This document shows positions 62,716 to 64,000 of a stretch of DNA of 64,000 nt, one piece after another (positions within the stretch are counted from its first letter, which is position 1; each line of letters opens with the position of its first letter). Below the pieces are notes generated by a model that was not told the DNA's origin, searched no databases, and worked only from the letters and a program-made list of their open reading frames with translations. The DNA lies in contig NC_068981.1 in assembly GCF_001194135.2 (NCBI RefSeq), forward strand, positions 65,372,236 to 65,436,235. Reading direction: 5' to 3'. The translations under genes and the position numbers were made by a program. Source of the DNA: Octopus bimaculoides (taxonomy: Eukaryota).

Positions 62716-63594
62716 TACAGACCTCCACTAGTCTTTTGGAATTCTATTTCTCATTAGTTTGCTTACCCAAGAAACATGTTGGCAACAGCTTTTCTTCCTC
62801 CTCTTATTCCACTTCCTCTTTTTCCTCCTCCTCTACTTCCTTGTTTCCCTCCTCTTCTCTTTTCTTCCTCCTTCCCTCCTTTTCTCCCTCCACTTCTGCC
62901 TCTTTTTCTCCCCTCTTCTTTCTTCTCCTCCTCTGCCTCATCATCATCATCAAGATAGACAGCCCTGATTGAGCAGATTTATGTTCAAAGGTTGTTCCGG
63001 CCATAATGACCATCCTGTCATTTTTTTAATCATAACTAAGATTACACTGTCCAGCATCCCCCTCATTTTCCAAACTGTGAGGTGTGATTTCATGGTGCTT
63101 TGGTTGCTATTTCTAGCAGGCTGTTGGACCACATTGAGGCTTTTTGCTATGCTTTGCCTAAACAACATATAATTTGCATTAGAGAAAAGAAATTATAAAT
63201 CTCTCCACCCCACCATCACTACTTCACCACTCTTTTTCCTCCCCTACCTCTTAAAATGCTTGTTCTTATTTTGTAGACAGACCATGTACACCTCAGCAAT
63301 TTGCTGCATGCCATTGTTTATCGAGGCAGATGCCAGCTAATGCATTGCACAGCACTGCACTGCAATGCCTGTATAGAAATGTATACAACAACAGTTACCC
63401 AATCTCAGTCAAACAGTAAAATAAGAATTTAATAGTGTCTGCCTGCCTGCTTTTATTTTAGTAGCTCAGTTCTCATAGTAATGCGGATGAGATGCATTTT
63501 CGTGTTTCAGGAATAGAGATTCTGTTTGTCATAAAACTGGAGCAACTGTGAGTTGTAGGTTGTAAACGTGTGCATTTCTGTGCATGTAAGGGTA

Positions 63595-63715
63595 TGCGTG
63601 TATAATATATATATATATACATATATATATATGTATATATATATACATATATTCATATATATATGTATATATATATACATATATTCATATATACATATAT
63701 ATTCATATATACATA

Positions 63716-63749
<34 letters not shown>

Positions 63750-63876
63750 CACATATATATATATATACACACATATATATACATATATGCATATATACAT
63801 ATATACATATATACATATATGCATATATACATACATATATACATATATATATACACATATATATATATATATATAT

Positions 63877-63915
<39 letters not shown>

Positions 63916-63920
63916 TATAC

Positions 63921-63953
<33 letters not shown>

Positions 63954-64000
63954 CATATATATATATACATATATATATACATATATATATATACATATAT
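63595..64000. repeat. Compound (TA)n/(TACA)n microsatellite running off the window end
   Basis: Directly visible. It explains the IYIY/VYIY ORFs. Confidence 0.98.

Noticed and set aside
62759-62972. Acidic/basic E/K-rich and S/F-rich ORFs
   Set aside because: Purine/pyrimidine low-complexity tract next to a repeat tail, with no proper acceptor.
63507-63996. [16 protein letters not shown] and LSLS ORFs here and throughout the window
   Set aside because: Translations of dinucleotide and tetranucleotide microsatellites.

Overview
AT-rich (strongly CpG-depleted) eukaryotic genomic DNA with six N-gaps. It is very rich in microsatellites and tRNA-headed SINEs. The repeat families resemble those of octopus, so a coleoid cephalopod origin is inferred, not proven. 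There is no prokaryotic system, CRISPR array, rRNA or true tRNA gene, and no intact long ORF. Almost all ORF-track entries are microsatellite or antisense-TE artefacts. The recognisable protein-coding information is transposon debris: RTE LINE pieces (APE endonuclease, RT with an embedded PHD-type finger, 3' tails), three separate RLE-type (R4/Dong-like) LINE relics, CR1/L2/Jockey-group RT relics, Penelope-like relics, an internally deleted mariner with both TIRs, and a Helentron-associated (DINE/HINE-like) element. The window most likely lies inside long introns. I found small candidate exons with good splice signals on BOTH strands, forming two frame-compatible chains, but I could not identify either product, and several candidates are expected by chance in sequence this AT-rich. 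The most interesting unexplained items are: a diverged 217-bp tandem duplication with a near-invariant core at ~41.3-41.8 kb, hammerhead-ribozyme-like boxes at ~47.97 kb, an inverted SINE pair around an exon-like segment readable on either strand at ~9.6 kb, and a head-to-tail array of four SINEs at ~55 kb. TE-relic boundaries are approximate.
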